A stretch of 64,000 nt of DNA from Gekko japonicus. Lineage: Eukaryota. A model generated the notes under the pieces. It worked only from the letters and a program-made list of their open reading frames with translations. It was not told the DNA's origin and ran no database searches. Where the stretch lies: contig NW_015175443.1 in assembly GCF_001447785.1 (NCBI RefSeq), positions 14,976-78,975 on the forward strand, given 5' to 3'. A program made the position numbers and the translations under genes. How positions within the stretch are numbered: the first letter of the stretch is position 1; every line of letters starts with the position of its first letter. Shown here piece by piece: positions 11,127 through 23,037 of the stretch.

Positions 11127-11519
11127 CAGGGCTCTTTTTGTAGAAAGTCCAGCAGGAACGCAGTAGCATAATAGACCACACCCAACAGCAGGAACTCATT
11201 AGCATATTAGGCCACACCCTGATACCACAGCTCATTAGCATATTAGGCCGCACCCCCATGTTACCAGAAGTGTAGTCATCCAGCCACACCCACCTTTTGC
11301 TTCTTATTCTGTTTACCCTGTTTGTTGTCAAAACCCAGGGCTTTTTTTGTAGCAGGAACGCCTTTGCATGTTAGGCCACACACCCCTAACATAGCCAATC
11401 CTAATGAGTTTCTGCTGTTGGGTGTGGCCTATCATGCTAATGAGTTCCTGCTGGGCGTGGCCAACTCGGGAGCCAGCCGGAACTCTGTTCCTGTGCGTTC
11501 CTGCCCAAAAATAGCCCTG
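11127..11519. mobile_element. hAT-type MITE
   Basis: Termini CAGGGCT.../...AGCCCTG, 8-bp TSD ATATTCTG (11119-11126/11520-11527), internal repeats CTCATTAGCATATTAGGCC. Confidence 0.8.
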
Positions 11520-12607
11520 ATATTCTGTAATGGATTCATTTCCATAATTTCAATTAAAACATTTCAATAATTTCAAGGCAAGACATGAACAGAGATAGTT
11601 TGTCATTACCTCCGTCTGAGTAGCAGCCCTGTACTTCGTTAGTGGTTTCTCATCAAAATACTAACCAGGGTTGACCCTGCTGATTCTTTGCAACTGGAAT
11701 TCTTTGTGATTTGTAATTCTCAATTGTCTTGAAAATCAGTTGATCACATGGTGGGGTTTCACAAATAAATCAAACAGAATGAGCCCACAACAGCCAGGGA
11801 GGCACTTTTGTTGCTCTCCTTTTAAAAAGGAAACTGGAATTTCCTGGCTGTTTGTTTAGTTTACTTCATTTACTTTAGACCACACTCTCTCGGCTGCTTT
11901 TGAGATAGATCAAAACCATGAACAAATAAAACACAACTATTATATAAAATCAGTAATAAATGACAAAACAATAAAGCAGCAGCACAAATCATTAAATTCT
12001 CAAAAGATCAGCAAGGAATAAAGCCAGCAGTAACAGCAAATATTAAAATCAAAATCACCATATAGAGGTTAGGGGAAAAGAAGCAATAAAAAACTTGGGT
12101 TTAAGTAAAGTTGAAAGCAAGAATAATTGTGAGGAAGGCATTCCAAAGTCAAGGTGCCACTACTAAGCAGTCCCTGTCCCTAATGATCACTCACCTTTGA
12201 AGTGGGGGCATACAAAGATGGGCTAATGCGAAGGTACATCTGGCTGGAAAGGGTTAACTGTGTGTGGGGGAAATCTCTCATAAACAGCCACCACACAATG
12301 CCAGCTTTTATAAACTGTGTTGGGCTAGGGAAACAATGGGTGCAGCACCCATTCCGGCACAAATCCCCTTCAAGCCAGCAATATTCCTTCAAAGGCTTCT
12401 GGGTCTGTTTGTGTACACCTCTAGCCTGTAGCTGAATATGGGTATGAATTTTTAATTTTCATTCCAGAAAAGAGAGCAGACTTGCATATTTATTATTAGG
12501 AAAAAACATATTAATCAGCCCATTAAGAAGTGTGTCCATCAATTAATATAAAGGTCACGGGACAAATCCTGCAATATGCATTCACACTTGCTGAATAAAT
12601 GCACTAT

Positions 12608-12755
12608 CATAAGAACATAAGAACATAAGAGATGCCAATGTTGGATCAGGCCAAAGGCCCATCCAGTCCAACACTCTGTATCACACAGTGGCCAGAAATA
12701 CCAGTGCCATCAGGAGGTCCACCAGTGGGGTCAGGACATTAGAAGCCCTCCCACT
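12608..12755 (-). mobile_element. CR1-like LINE 3' end inserted in a palindromic MITE (~12578-12875)
   Basis: (CATAAGAA)n terminal repeat plus TTGGATCAGGCCAAAGGCCCATCCAGTCC. Flanks GCATTCACACTTGCTGAATA/TATTCAGCATGTGTGAAAGC are inverted repeats, related to 57041-57178. Confidence 0.6.
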
Positions 12756-13506
12756 ATCAATGCACCTTAGCAACCATTTGTAAGTGGATATTGCCATTTC
12801 ACACGGTAAAATCCAGGTTGCAACGTGCCTTGAAAGAGGGTTCAAAGTGCACTATTCAGCATGTGTGAAAGCACATTGTCACTTGGTACTTATTTTTAAT
12901 TGCATTAAAGTTACAAACTGCTAACCTTACTACACTAAACAGAGTTATACTGATATAAATGAACTTGGAAGAGTCTAACTCGGCTTAGGGTTTGTTTCTT
13001 CATTGGTTTACTTTATTTATAGCCCACCTTTCCTGCTGAGACTGTAGTCAGATTGCAGAATATAAAACAGCCAATCAGGCAGCATAAAACGAGTGCCCAA
13101 TGCAACAGGATTGGATGACAATAAGAGAACAATGTCTGAGACAAGGGATAGCAAGGCAACCGCAATTTAGATTTCTGCTGATGACACCTGAGTTATGATG
13201 GCCCCCAAAAAAACATTTCCTCCATCAGTTTTGCAGAGCAGAGGATGGCCACCACTCTCCTCCAGCACACATCCCAAAGAACACAGGAACCTCTACACCT
13301 GTACCTGTACACAACATTTGTCCACTCTGATAAAGGAAAGAAAGATAATAAAAACAGGAACCACCATGTGACTGGGCACTGAGTCAAAGCCATGACTCCC
13401 AAATTCTGTGAAGCATGAATTCTCCCTCGTGGAAGGGCTATAGGCAGAATATAAAAACTGAAACCAGAAGGAATTTCAAGAATCATAATGGTTCCATGCC
13501 ACTCAC

Positions 13507-15864
13507 CTGCCCAGCAGCATTCGGGACCAGCTCCTTCCCACTCTCAGCCAAGACAGGAATGTTGGGGCTGAAAACCATAAGGTCACTTTTAGTACCAGCA
13601 TCCCCACTCACCCCCGCCAGGATGTGGCTGTGGCGATTAGAATACGACCAGCTGCCCACTTCACTGGCACACACCAGCGTGGCTGTGCCAGGGCCGTACA
13701 TCATTGCCTCCTTGGCCTGGCTCTGGCATCGGAGGGCCACATACACGAGGATCACCAGCAGGAACAAGCTGGACACCGAGCAGATGGCGATGATCAGGTA
13801 GAGATTGGCGGTGTCTGCCAGGGGCTTTGCGCTCCCTCCCATCCTAGAGAGGCGGGCATCAGTCTGGGCAGCCTGGGCGCTGGCCACCAGTGACACACTG
13901 AAGGTGGCTGTGGTTGACAGTACCGGCTTGCCATGATCCTTCACTAGAACAAGCAGACTCTGGATGTTGCTGCCCTCTGCCTCCTCCAGAGCACGTGCAG
14001 TACTGATCTCACCACTGTAAAGCCCCACCCGCCAGGGGCTGCTGGTTGCATCATACAACTCGTAGCGAAGCCAGGCATTGTAGCCAGAGTCAGCGTCCAG
14101 GGCATGGATCTTGCCCACCACATGCCCAGCTGCCACTGGAACCTTCAGCAGAGTGGGGGTATCCTCAGCTGGACCAGACACTGTGGGTGTGTTGTCATTC
14201 TCATCCAACACAAAGACCTGGATGGTCACATTGCCACACAAGGAGGGCAGTCCAGCATCCTTAGCCCTCACCTGGAACTCCAGCAGCTTCACCTCCTCAT
14301 AGTCTAAGGGCTGCAGGGCATACAGCTTCCCACTCTCCGAATGCACTGAGATGTAGCTCGACAGCGGCCATTGCTTCTCATCCAGCCAGTAGCTGACCAA
14401 GGCGTTCTCCGCCACATCTGGGTCTGAGGCGGACACCGTGAAGATGTGAGCACCTGGAGGATTGTTCTCCTTCAAAAAAATGGTGTAGGAGGGCTGTGCA
14501 AAAGTCGGTGTGTTGTCGTTCACATCACTGATTGGCACCACCAGGCTGCTGCTGGCTGACAGTGGTGGGTCTCCTTGGTCTTGGACCTTCACTATCAACC
14601 CATACTCAGCTACCTGCTCACGATCTAATGGCTCAGAAAGTACCAGCGAGTAATAATTCTTGAAGGTGGACGTCAGCTTGAATGGGAACTTGGGGGGCCA
14701 CAAGGAGCAATTTATTTTCCCATTGGCTCCAGAGTCTCTATCTGCGACACTGATCAAGGCCACCACCGTCCCAGGGGGGGAGTCCTCTGGAACTGGCACA
14801 GACAGGGACGACACTGACACCTCTGGTGCATTGTCATTCACATCCAGCACCTCAATGATCACTTGGCAATGCCCAGACAATGGAAGGTTGCCTTTATCTT
14901 CAGCCACAATCTGTAGATCGAATACATTAATATCTTCAAAATCCACATTTCCATTTACTATTAAGTCCCCTGTGTTGGAGTTTATGCTAAAAATCTTTCG
15001 GAAAGTTGGTGGAATGTGGTCACTAAATGAGTAAGAGATCTCTTTATTAATTCCTGCATCTAAATCAGTAGCATTCAGTTTAATAACCAATGTCCCATTG
15101 GCAACATTTTCCAGCAACTTTACCCTGTAAACTGACTGGTTAAAGACAGGGGGGTTGTCATTTGCATCCAACACATTGATCACCAGCTGGACTGTGCCCG
15201 AGAGCTGTGGCTTGCCTCCGTCAGTGGCTGTGAGCAATAAACGATGCAGAGGGTCTTTTTCCCTGTCTAGTGGAGCTTTTAATACAAGTACTGGAGATTT
15301 ACTCCGGTTCTCTTCACTTCCTGAATCCAGAATGAAGTAATCATTCGGGCTGAGTTTGTAGGTTATCAGGGCATTGGCATCTATGTCTGCATCAGAGGCA
15401 CCTGCTAGTAAGAAACGATAACCTGGCAACCTAGATTCTGAAACGGCTAGAATCTGTTCATGTACTGAAAAGACAGGAGCATTGTCATTTATGTCCTTGA
15501 TCTCCACCTCCACATGGAAGACCCTCAGGGGTTTATCCACAATCACCTCCAGGTGAATGGCACAATCCATGTTCTCGGCACACAGCTCTTCCCTGTCTAT
15601 CCTGGAATTAACAAACAGAATCCCATTCTGCACATTTACCTGAAAATGCTCTTCCTGTCCCTTGGAGACCATCCGGAACATCCGAGGCACCAGCTCACTC
15701 ACCTCCAGCCCCAGGTCTTGGGCGATGCGGCCCACAAAGGTGCCGTGCTGGGATTCCTCAGGCACGGAATAATGGAGCTGGCCGCTCCCCACCTCCCAGG
15801 CTGTGTGGAGGAGAATCAGCTGCAGCAGCCGCTTTGCCCCATCATCCTTCTGCCAAACAACCAT
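13507..15864 (-). CDS. PCDHA: Protocadherin-alpha variable exon V2 (signal, EC1-6, TM, variable cytoplasmic domain), intact
   Basis: Open 786 codons from ATG 15864 to phase-0 donor CAG|GTGAGT at 13507/13506; alpha-type motifs [14 protein letters not shown] and KSDLMVFSP. Confidence 0.95.
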
Positions 15865-16079
15865 GGCAAGCTCACACCCAAAGCCCCAACCGTCTTGGCT
15901 GTTCTTAGGACTCTCCTTCCCATCCACGCCGGTCTTTCCAAAATCAGTGGAATTATTTCCTATTGTGTTGCATCCCTTGTGTGCTCTGTTCCTATTGCAG
16001 ATTAGACAGGCTGGCTTTTCAGTCCCTCCCAGGGAGGAGCTCCTTGTTTTCAGTCGTCCTTAAATATTCCCTTAGACAA

Positions 16080-16096
16080 CAGTGACCCCTTGTGAC
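16080..16096 (-). promoter_or_regulatory. CSE / CTCF site of V2
   Basis: GTCACAAGGGGTCACTG, 216 bp upstream of the ATG, identical to V1. Confidence 0.75.
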
Positions 16097-18515
16097 GGAA
16101 TTTTGAAATGGAGAAACAGTTTCAAATGGAATGGTTCTTCTAATCACTTCTTTGCATTCGTTTTCATACTGCTACTTTGAGAGCACGGCATCTATATGTC
16201 TCCGTCTCTGAAAGCCTACAATATCTTTTTCTTTGCCTATAATGAACAGGAGTCCTGTGGCACTTTAATTACTTACAACATTTTATTCCAGCAGGAGCTT
16301 CCATTTTGTTCCAGCAGGAGGATTTTTATTTTTGCTGGGCTAGATACTCTTCACAAACTCGTCATGGCTACTTTCTCAACTTGTGCCACTTCACACATGA
16401 TGTTTCACCAACAGTTTCACCAAATATTGTTTCAACATATAACGTGTGAATATCACCCACACAGCTGCAAATTCCTCCGCCGCCGCTACCATTGAGCCAG
16501 ATTTTGCTTGGTATCCCAATCAAGTGTAAAGTGAGTTTGTGTTCATATAATGCCTGAAACAGCCCTTCATTGTTCCACTTCTTGATAACGATGAGTAAGC
16601 AATATGTTGGTGCTGAACCCACTCTGCCATTAGACGTTCTCAGTTACCATATATAGTTTCAGAAAACATAATCTGCAGGGCTGGGTTAAGCGATGCAACC
16701 AGTAATTCCCCCTCTCCATTCCCCAATCTGTACTGCTCCTACACTAGCATTCATTCCACCTCCATTCCCCAAGCAGAGATCTGGCTCATTACTCATTGTT
16801 TGTAGATCCACTGGGAAATGGGAGATTGCCCCAGCATCTACTGTGATTATACAGGAGACATTTCCATTTCGTGAAAGGGAAGCATCTTCCAGCATTAGAG
16901 GGCACTTTCTTGTGCTCTTTTTTTGAGGGGGAGTTCAGTTCTACCTTCCCTGACTTAATGCTCTGTTGCTTCTGTGTACCTGCCCCCACCCAGAAATAGG
17001 AGATCATCACTGTGACACCCATGTCTATGAGGCAACCTGTCTGCACCTTCAAGAAAAAAAAGGGAAGGAGTGGATGTTCGTGCAGGGGGATTATGTAGAA
17101 AGTATCATATGCCTTTTGCTACAGGAAGGGGTCAGTACAATTTTTATTGAACTTTAGTGACATGGTACAACTGAAAAGATTTTGGGGGGATCTAAGAGGC
17201 TTGAGACAGTTTTTCAACTGACTTCAGACCATATCAAATCATGCAGGAGGGAGGTATAACTGCGATCAATGGAACAGCTCAAGTCAAAGTGTCCCAACAT
17301 GAGGATAAACAAGTAGCAGTGTGACTGACAGGCATAAGCAAGCCTCTCCCAATTGTGACCTCCCAGATCTGCTTCTGAGTATTGTGGGTCTTGCATGCAG
17401 GTCTGATGAGGCATTTAGACACAAAAGAAAAAAAATACATCCTGAGGTGAATTTTGGAGATGGTGATGGAAATCCTAGTCCAGGTGAGAGGTTGTTGACA
17501 GTGCTTGTTTTACCTTGTTTGATGGACATGTACTTTCTATTCTCTAGCCAGGACAATGCTAACAACAACGATGGGAACGCCTTCATTTTTAGAAACATGA
17601 GAAGATTTGAGATCGGGGCATATTTTCAACTACAAATTCCTTCATACCTCCCTGTATGTCTCTCATCATTCTGATTCCATCACTGTGTCTAATAATAAAC
17701 TGGCAGGCCCTTGTACGGATGATGAATAGGGCTACTTACAGGTAAGAGGGGGAGGTCTACATAGGGGAGCATCTTTTCCTTTAAAATGCTAACTGTTGTT
17801 AGAAGAGGGGAAAACAGTTTGGAATGGTGAAACCTAGCAGAGGTTAAACATCTCTCCCTTCCTGGCATAGTCCCAAGATAAACTCAGGTTACAGGAGCTG
17901 GCAATATCTATTTTATAGACACATGATCTGTGTCTCATGTGTCTAAGTCTGAACTTTGAATCAGGAAGTCTCAGTAAAAATTTTGACTATGCAGTAAACA
18001 GACTACCAGCTACTTACTCTCAAATAACGAGCCTTAGACTACCAGCTACTTACCCTCAAATAACCAGTGGCAAATATAAGAACAGTTATATTGTACAAGG
18101 TTGTTGTAAGAACAATTGAGTAATATATATGAAGTGCTTTGAACCCCGATAAACACTTCATAAATGCTAAATAAGGCAGACAATTGCTTCAGTGTGAGAT
18201 TAACAATATAACATACATTGCATTGTTTCTTAAGGAAAACAAGAGAGTTGATAGAAAAGAACAAAAAGGAAGTCTTTCTTTTATATTTTGGTGACATTCA
18301 ATATTGTTTTCAAAGATAATGAAATGGTGGCTCTGATGAGGATAGGAAGGTGAGGTATAAATTCCAAAAATAAATACATATATAAAGATGAATTGCCTTA
18401 AATATTGTGGGTCTGACTAACCCTATTAAAAGAAAAAATGAAATTATCAAAAGATTAAAAGATGTACAGTACCACCCTAAGCAGAGTAAACCTACCCATT
18501 AAAATGTCCAGAAAA

Positions 18516-18566
<51 letters not shown>

Positions 18567-19674
18567 GAGTTTGGGAGCACAACATAAGCACAAAGAAATG
18601 AGCAAAAAGAAAACCCACACAGAAATGTGTTCTTGAGGAGTAAATATGTTCAAATTTTAAGACTGACTGATTCAATTTATAAACCATCCTCATAAGAGCA
18701 GCTGTCAGTTTGTGGGAAAGGGATGGTAATAATTTCTGCTCATACTTCTGAGAGTTTAGGAACTCCTCAAGGGGAGGGTGGGATTTCTAAACTGATCCCT
18801 CCTGTGAGTCCTTGAAGCTACCCAAGTTAACTGGCTGACCCACATGTGGATTATGAAAGCTATCCAATGGGACCTCCCACACACAGACAAAGCATGGTTC
18901 TCTACATACACAAGAGAGTTCCCAAAATGCAGAAAAAATCACATTGTAAAGCCAAAGGGAGAGGGGCTTAAAAAAGCCTAAGGAGGACTGAAAATGTGTC
19001 ACAATGGATGGAACGTTGAGAGAACGCCAGCTTCATTCAAAGGCAAAAAGGGGTGGGAAGGAAGATTCAACCTGCTCAGGCTCCCTACAGGGTAGATGGC
19101 CATGGAGAAGATTTTGAGAGGTGGGATTGAATTTTTAAATTGTTTATTATTGTTGTCACAGCCCCCCAGCCTGTCACTGTATTGAGCAATAAAGTAGCTG
19201 ATCCCCTTTATAATAACAAAGGCAGCAAAAAAGGGCTACCAACAGATACCTGAAGCATTTTCCAGCTATGCTGAACAAAATGGTGCCATAAATTATCCAG
19301 AAAAAAATTACCTCGCCCAGAAATAACATTGTGAAGGCTGAAAATGCATCAGGAACATGGAATGTTGAAAACAGCTGAATATCATTTTAATGGGGGAGTA
19401 GGAAAAACAAATCTGCTCAAGCTCCTGAGGGCATGCAGAATCCTGCAGGGAGAGATTGTGAGGGGCAAGCAAAGGTTTTCCAAGTTGTACCCCCTCCCAT
19501 GATTCCTTGCAAGTTTCCAGCTAGTAATGTTGTAAAATTTAGTTCTGTCTTCTGCCATTTATGGTGTTAAAAATGTATATTCATTGTTTAGAGGAGTGAG
19601 ATTTATCTATAACAGATCATTGACTGGTTTGGGGGGGGTCAATGTAGCTTTTCAATATGATATTTATATAACAT

Positions 19675-20429
19675 TGTGACGACCTCTTATTTGGGGAGGT
19701 CTGGTTTGCCTTTAAAAGTTCTTATGTTTTTACTCTGTAGGGTATTTTCGCCGCCACCAGGGAAATTTAAGGCTTTCCCAGCCTCTTACTATAATATATT
19801 TCTTCTTCTGGTTTGGTAATGTGGCCCAGGGTCTAGGCATTCATGAAGGACTATGTGTTATTTCCTGAGGAATTTCGTTCAGAACTGTTATCTTAAATAA
19901 AAGTAGATTTATTTGCCGTTTCACACACTTTTCTCTTCACTGACAGGGCTCTGGGCATGTCACTATGTAAAATGGTTTCCTTAGGCCATATATGTTAACT
20001 GTTTCTTATACATTCAACTTCAGCTTATATTTGTTTCAACACAGAACTGCTGGTCACTTTCTTTCATGCCCAGCTCTTAACTCTCAGACCTTAAAAGAAC
20101 AAACTGCTTAACTCTTTTACTAGACAGAACTTATAACCACTGCTTTCACACAGCACTCTCTGCTGACTCTGTTTTACTCCACAGTCATCTCACTTATCTG
20201 TTTAACTGAACTGTTTAACTGTATAACCCAGAACTACCTAACTGTCATCCTTAACTGTTACTCTTGACTGACATATCCATTCATCCACACAGCATTCATT
20301 CCAAAACCCCTCCCCCTCTCTGTCACTCACCAATCATATCACTTCCCTGAGTTCAGCATCCTAGTCTGCCATACATCCATACAAACCACTTTTAAAGACA
20401 CACACACAATAAAACATGGAATCGTTACA
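19675..20429. mobile_element. Solo LTR (755 bp)
   Basis: TGTGACGA...TCGTTACA termini, 5-bp TSD AACAT (19670-19674/20430-20434); empty paralogous site at ~7803. Confidence 0.85.
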
Positions 20430-22213
20430 AACATCCATACATATTCATTGGCCTAGGGATAATTGATCTTTTATAATTACTATGGCCATCTGGTCCCAAA
20501 ACTATGTGTGACTTGAATACCTTTTTCGTTTTCTCTACCCATTTCCTAGTAATAGGCCTCTCTAGTCTGTTTTATGTTTTGAGCACATGAAGCTGCTTTA
20601 TAATGAATTAGATCATCAATCTATCGGTGTCAGTTTTATCTACTCTGACATCAGCCCTCCAGGATTTCAGATGGAGGTCTTTCACATCACCTACTACCCA
20701 ACCCTTATACAGGAAATGTTGGGGATGGAGCCTGGGACCTTCTGCGAATGCTCTACCACTGAACATTGTGTGTTCTTATGATACATCTGGAATTTCTCAT
20801 TCATTTATAAAGTCCTTAATGTTTTCCATCTTAGAAATCATGTGTTATACATTTCCGCATCATATTTAAAAAGTCTTCTGCTTTCTCTTCTATGGTGGCT
20901 GCATATTTATCTCCATCTATTTAATTGATGTTAATTAATTGTTCACACTTTGTTTATACAGCCAATACTCAAGGAAAAGATTTTGTTGGCTCATCTCTAT
21001 ATTTGAATAGCTGTTGCTGAGATTACTTGTGATTTCACAAACTCTGTTTTAAATTTATTCTTTGCATTGTCTAATTCCCTCATAATTTACAAAACTGCAT
21101 GTCTCTGTATACCAGAGGAGTCCCCTAAAGTAGGTAGTGACCCTTACCAGTGTCCTGATTTAGCTGCTTTCATCATCCAGTCAGAGACAAATCAGTTTAC
21201 TATTAGAAATAGGCATATATACATATTCACAAGCACACATCAATATCAGTCATAGTAGACAATGTAAGAAAAATGTTAAGAAAGCGAGTAACAATTTGTT
21301 TATCTCAGATATTTATTGTATCTAATTTTTCTTTCCTACCATTTTATCAATGGCAAGAAGGTATTTGACAGAATAGAGTATCCTTTTATGAAAGAAGCAG
21401 TGAAGACATTAGAATTTGTTCTTCATAAAGTAAGATGCTGATTTTCAGTACAGTTTTGGCAAAGATAATTAACAGGCACTTATCAAAACATTTTAAGCAT
21501 AAGCAAGGAGTAAGATAGAGTTGCATTTGAAAATACTGCTGGTTATAAAGTCAACCAGTCTGGGCTCTTAAGAGTTCCAGTCTGTTTGGAGAAAAGTGAT
21601 CAAATAAGAGGGATATACAAAGACTTGTTACTCAAATCTCCATCGAGTTCTCCCTTTCTGCTTCTCAAGTTACATAAGGTGCAGTCCTAAACAGAGTCCC
21701 ATTCTTCAAAGTCTCTTGATATCCATGGATCCCTGCTTAGAATTGCACTGATAAGCACCAGAGTTTAAGTGACTGACCAAGTAGAAGAGGAGGAGGAGGA
21801 GGAGGCCTCAATGAGGATATCTGAGGCGCACACAGATCTCCTTTTTCTCAGAGTGCCCAGGTGCACTGTGCACACACTGAAGGTCAGGTTGGGAAACAGG
21901 GCCTTAATAAGCCTTATGGGACATTTCTATGTCTTTGTGCTGTGGTTGCACATGCCATGAATACAGCTGTATTTTGTTGATCTGAAGCTTCTATGTATAA
22001 AAAGGTCTTTGACTCAAAGAAGCAATTGCGGCCAACTCTTCCCCCAATCCATATATAACTTTATATGATTTTAAAAAATAGCACTTGAAATGCTTAGTGT
22101 CATACTAGATGAGACGCTGGGGGGTTGCTGTTATGAGCTAAGGCTGGGAGACAATAGCTTACCTTTCTTTATACCCCAAACATTCTTTCAAACCATGACA
22201 AAAAATACACCAC

Positions 22214-22420
22214 AAATGTTCCCTCTAAGCTGTGGAATCTTGTGAGCAAAAATTCTATTGTTGTGAGCTACTGACATTAAAGCTGTGAGCGAGCGATTTG
22301 GCTACTGCATAAATTAATTTGCTCTGAAGCCATCCTTCCTGAGCTAAGACAAAAATGTGTGAGCCAGAGGCTAAAAAACTGTGAGCTAGCTCACACTAAC
22401 TCATCTTCGAGGGAACACTA
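22214..22420. mobile_element. hAT-type MITE (same family as 27655-27863)
   Basis: TIR TGTTCCCTCTAAG.../...GAGGGAACAC; ~207 bp, highly similar to the copy at 27655. Confidence 0.75.
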
Positions 22421-23037
22421 TATTATACCACACAAATCCATATCCTACAATTTCAATACACAGTGTGAGGCTAGCAAGGCTGGACCTAGAAGTGTGTAAC
22501 TCTGCTTAAGGTTTATTTATTTATTGGTTTACTTTATTTATAGCCCACTGTTCAAGCTGAGACTCAAGGCAGATTGCAGAACATAAAGCAGTCAATCAGA
22601 CAGCATAAATCAACCAGTGCCCAATGCAACGTGACTAGGATGCTAATAAGAGAACAATGCCTGAGACAAGGAAAAGTAAGACAAATGAAGTTTTGATTTT
22701 TGCTGATGACAGCTGAATTATTATGGCCCACAAAAAACATTATCTCCGTCATTTTTGCGACAAAAAGGTGAAAAAAGTGGATGGCCACCACTTTCCTCCA
22801 GCACACATCTCAAAGAACGCAGCACACACCATTGTCCCTTCTGAAAAGGAAAGACAGATTATACAAACAGGAACCACTATGTCACTGGGCTCTGAATCAA
22901 AGCCAAAGCTCCCAGTTTCTGTCAGGCCTGTTGGAGAAGAAAAGCCTTATTCTCCCTCAAAGAAGGGTTGTAGGCAAAAAAATATGAACTGAAGCCAGAA
23001 GGAATTTCAAGAATCACAAAGGTTCCATGCAACTCAC

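Larger units (their letters stand above)
18290..22480. repeat. Intergenic segmental-duplication block, copy B
   Basis: Collinear with 6380-10480; lacks the equivalent of ~10480-12960; contains (GA)n at ~18522-18562. Confidence 0.85.

Noticed and set aside
11150-11280. Short spaced direct repeats superficially CRISPR-like
   Set aside because: Eukaryotic DNA; these are subterminal repeats inside a hAT MITE with no unique spacers or cas genes.
15640-15675. Integrin-binding RGD motif in EC1 as in many mammalian Pcdha
   Set aside because: The equivalent loop reads KGQEEH, KDHKDY or QGREDY; no RGD is present.
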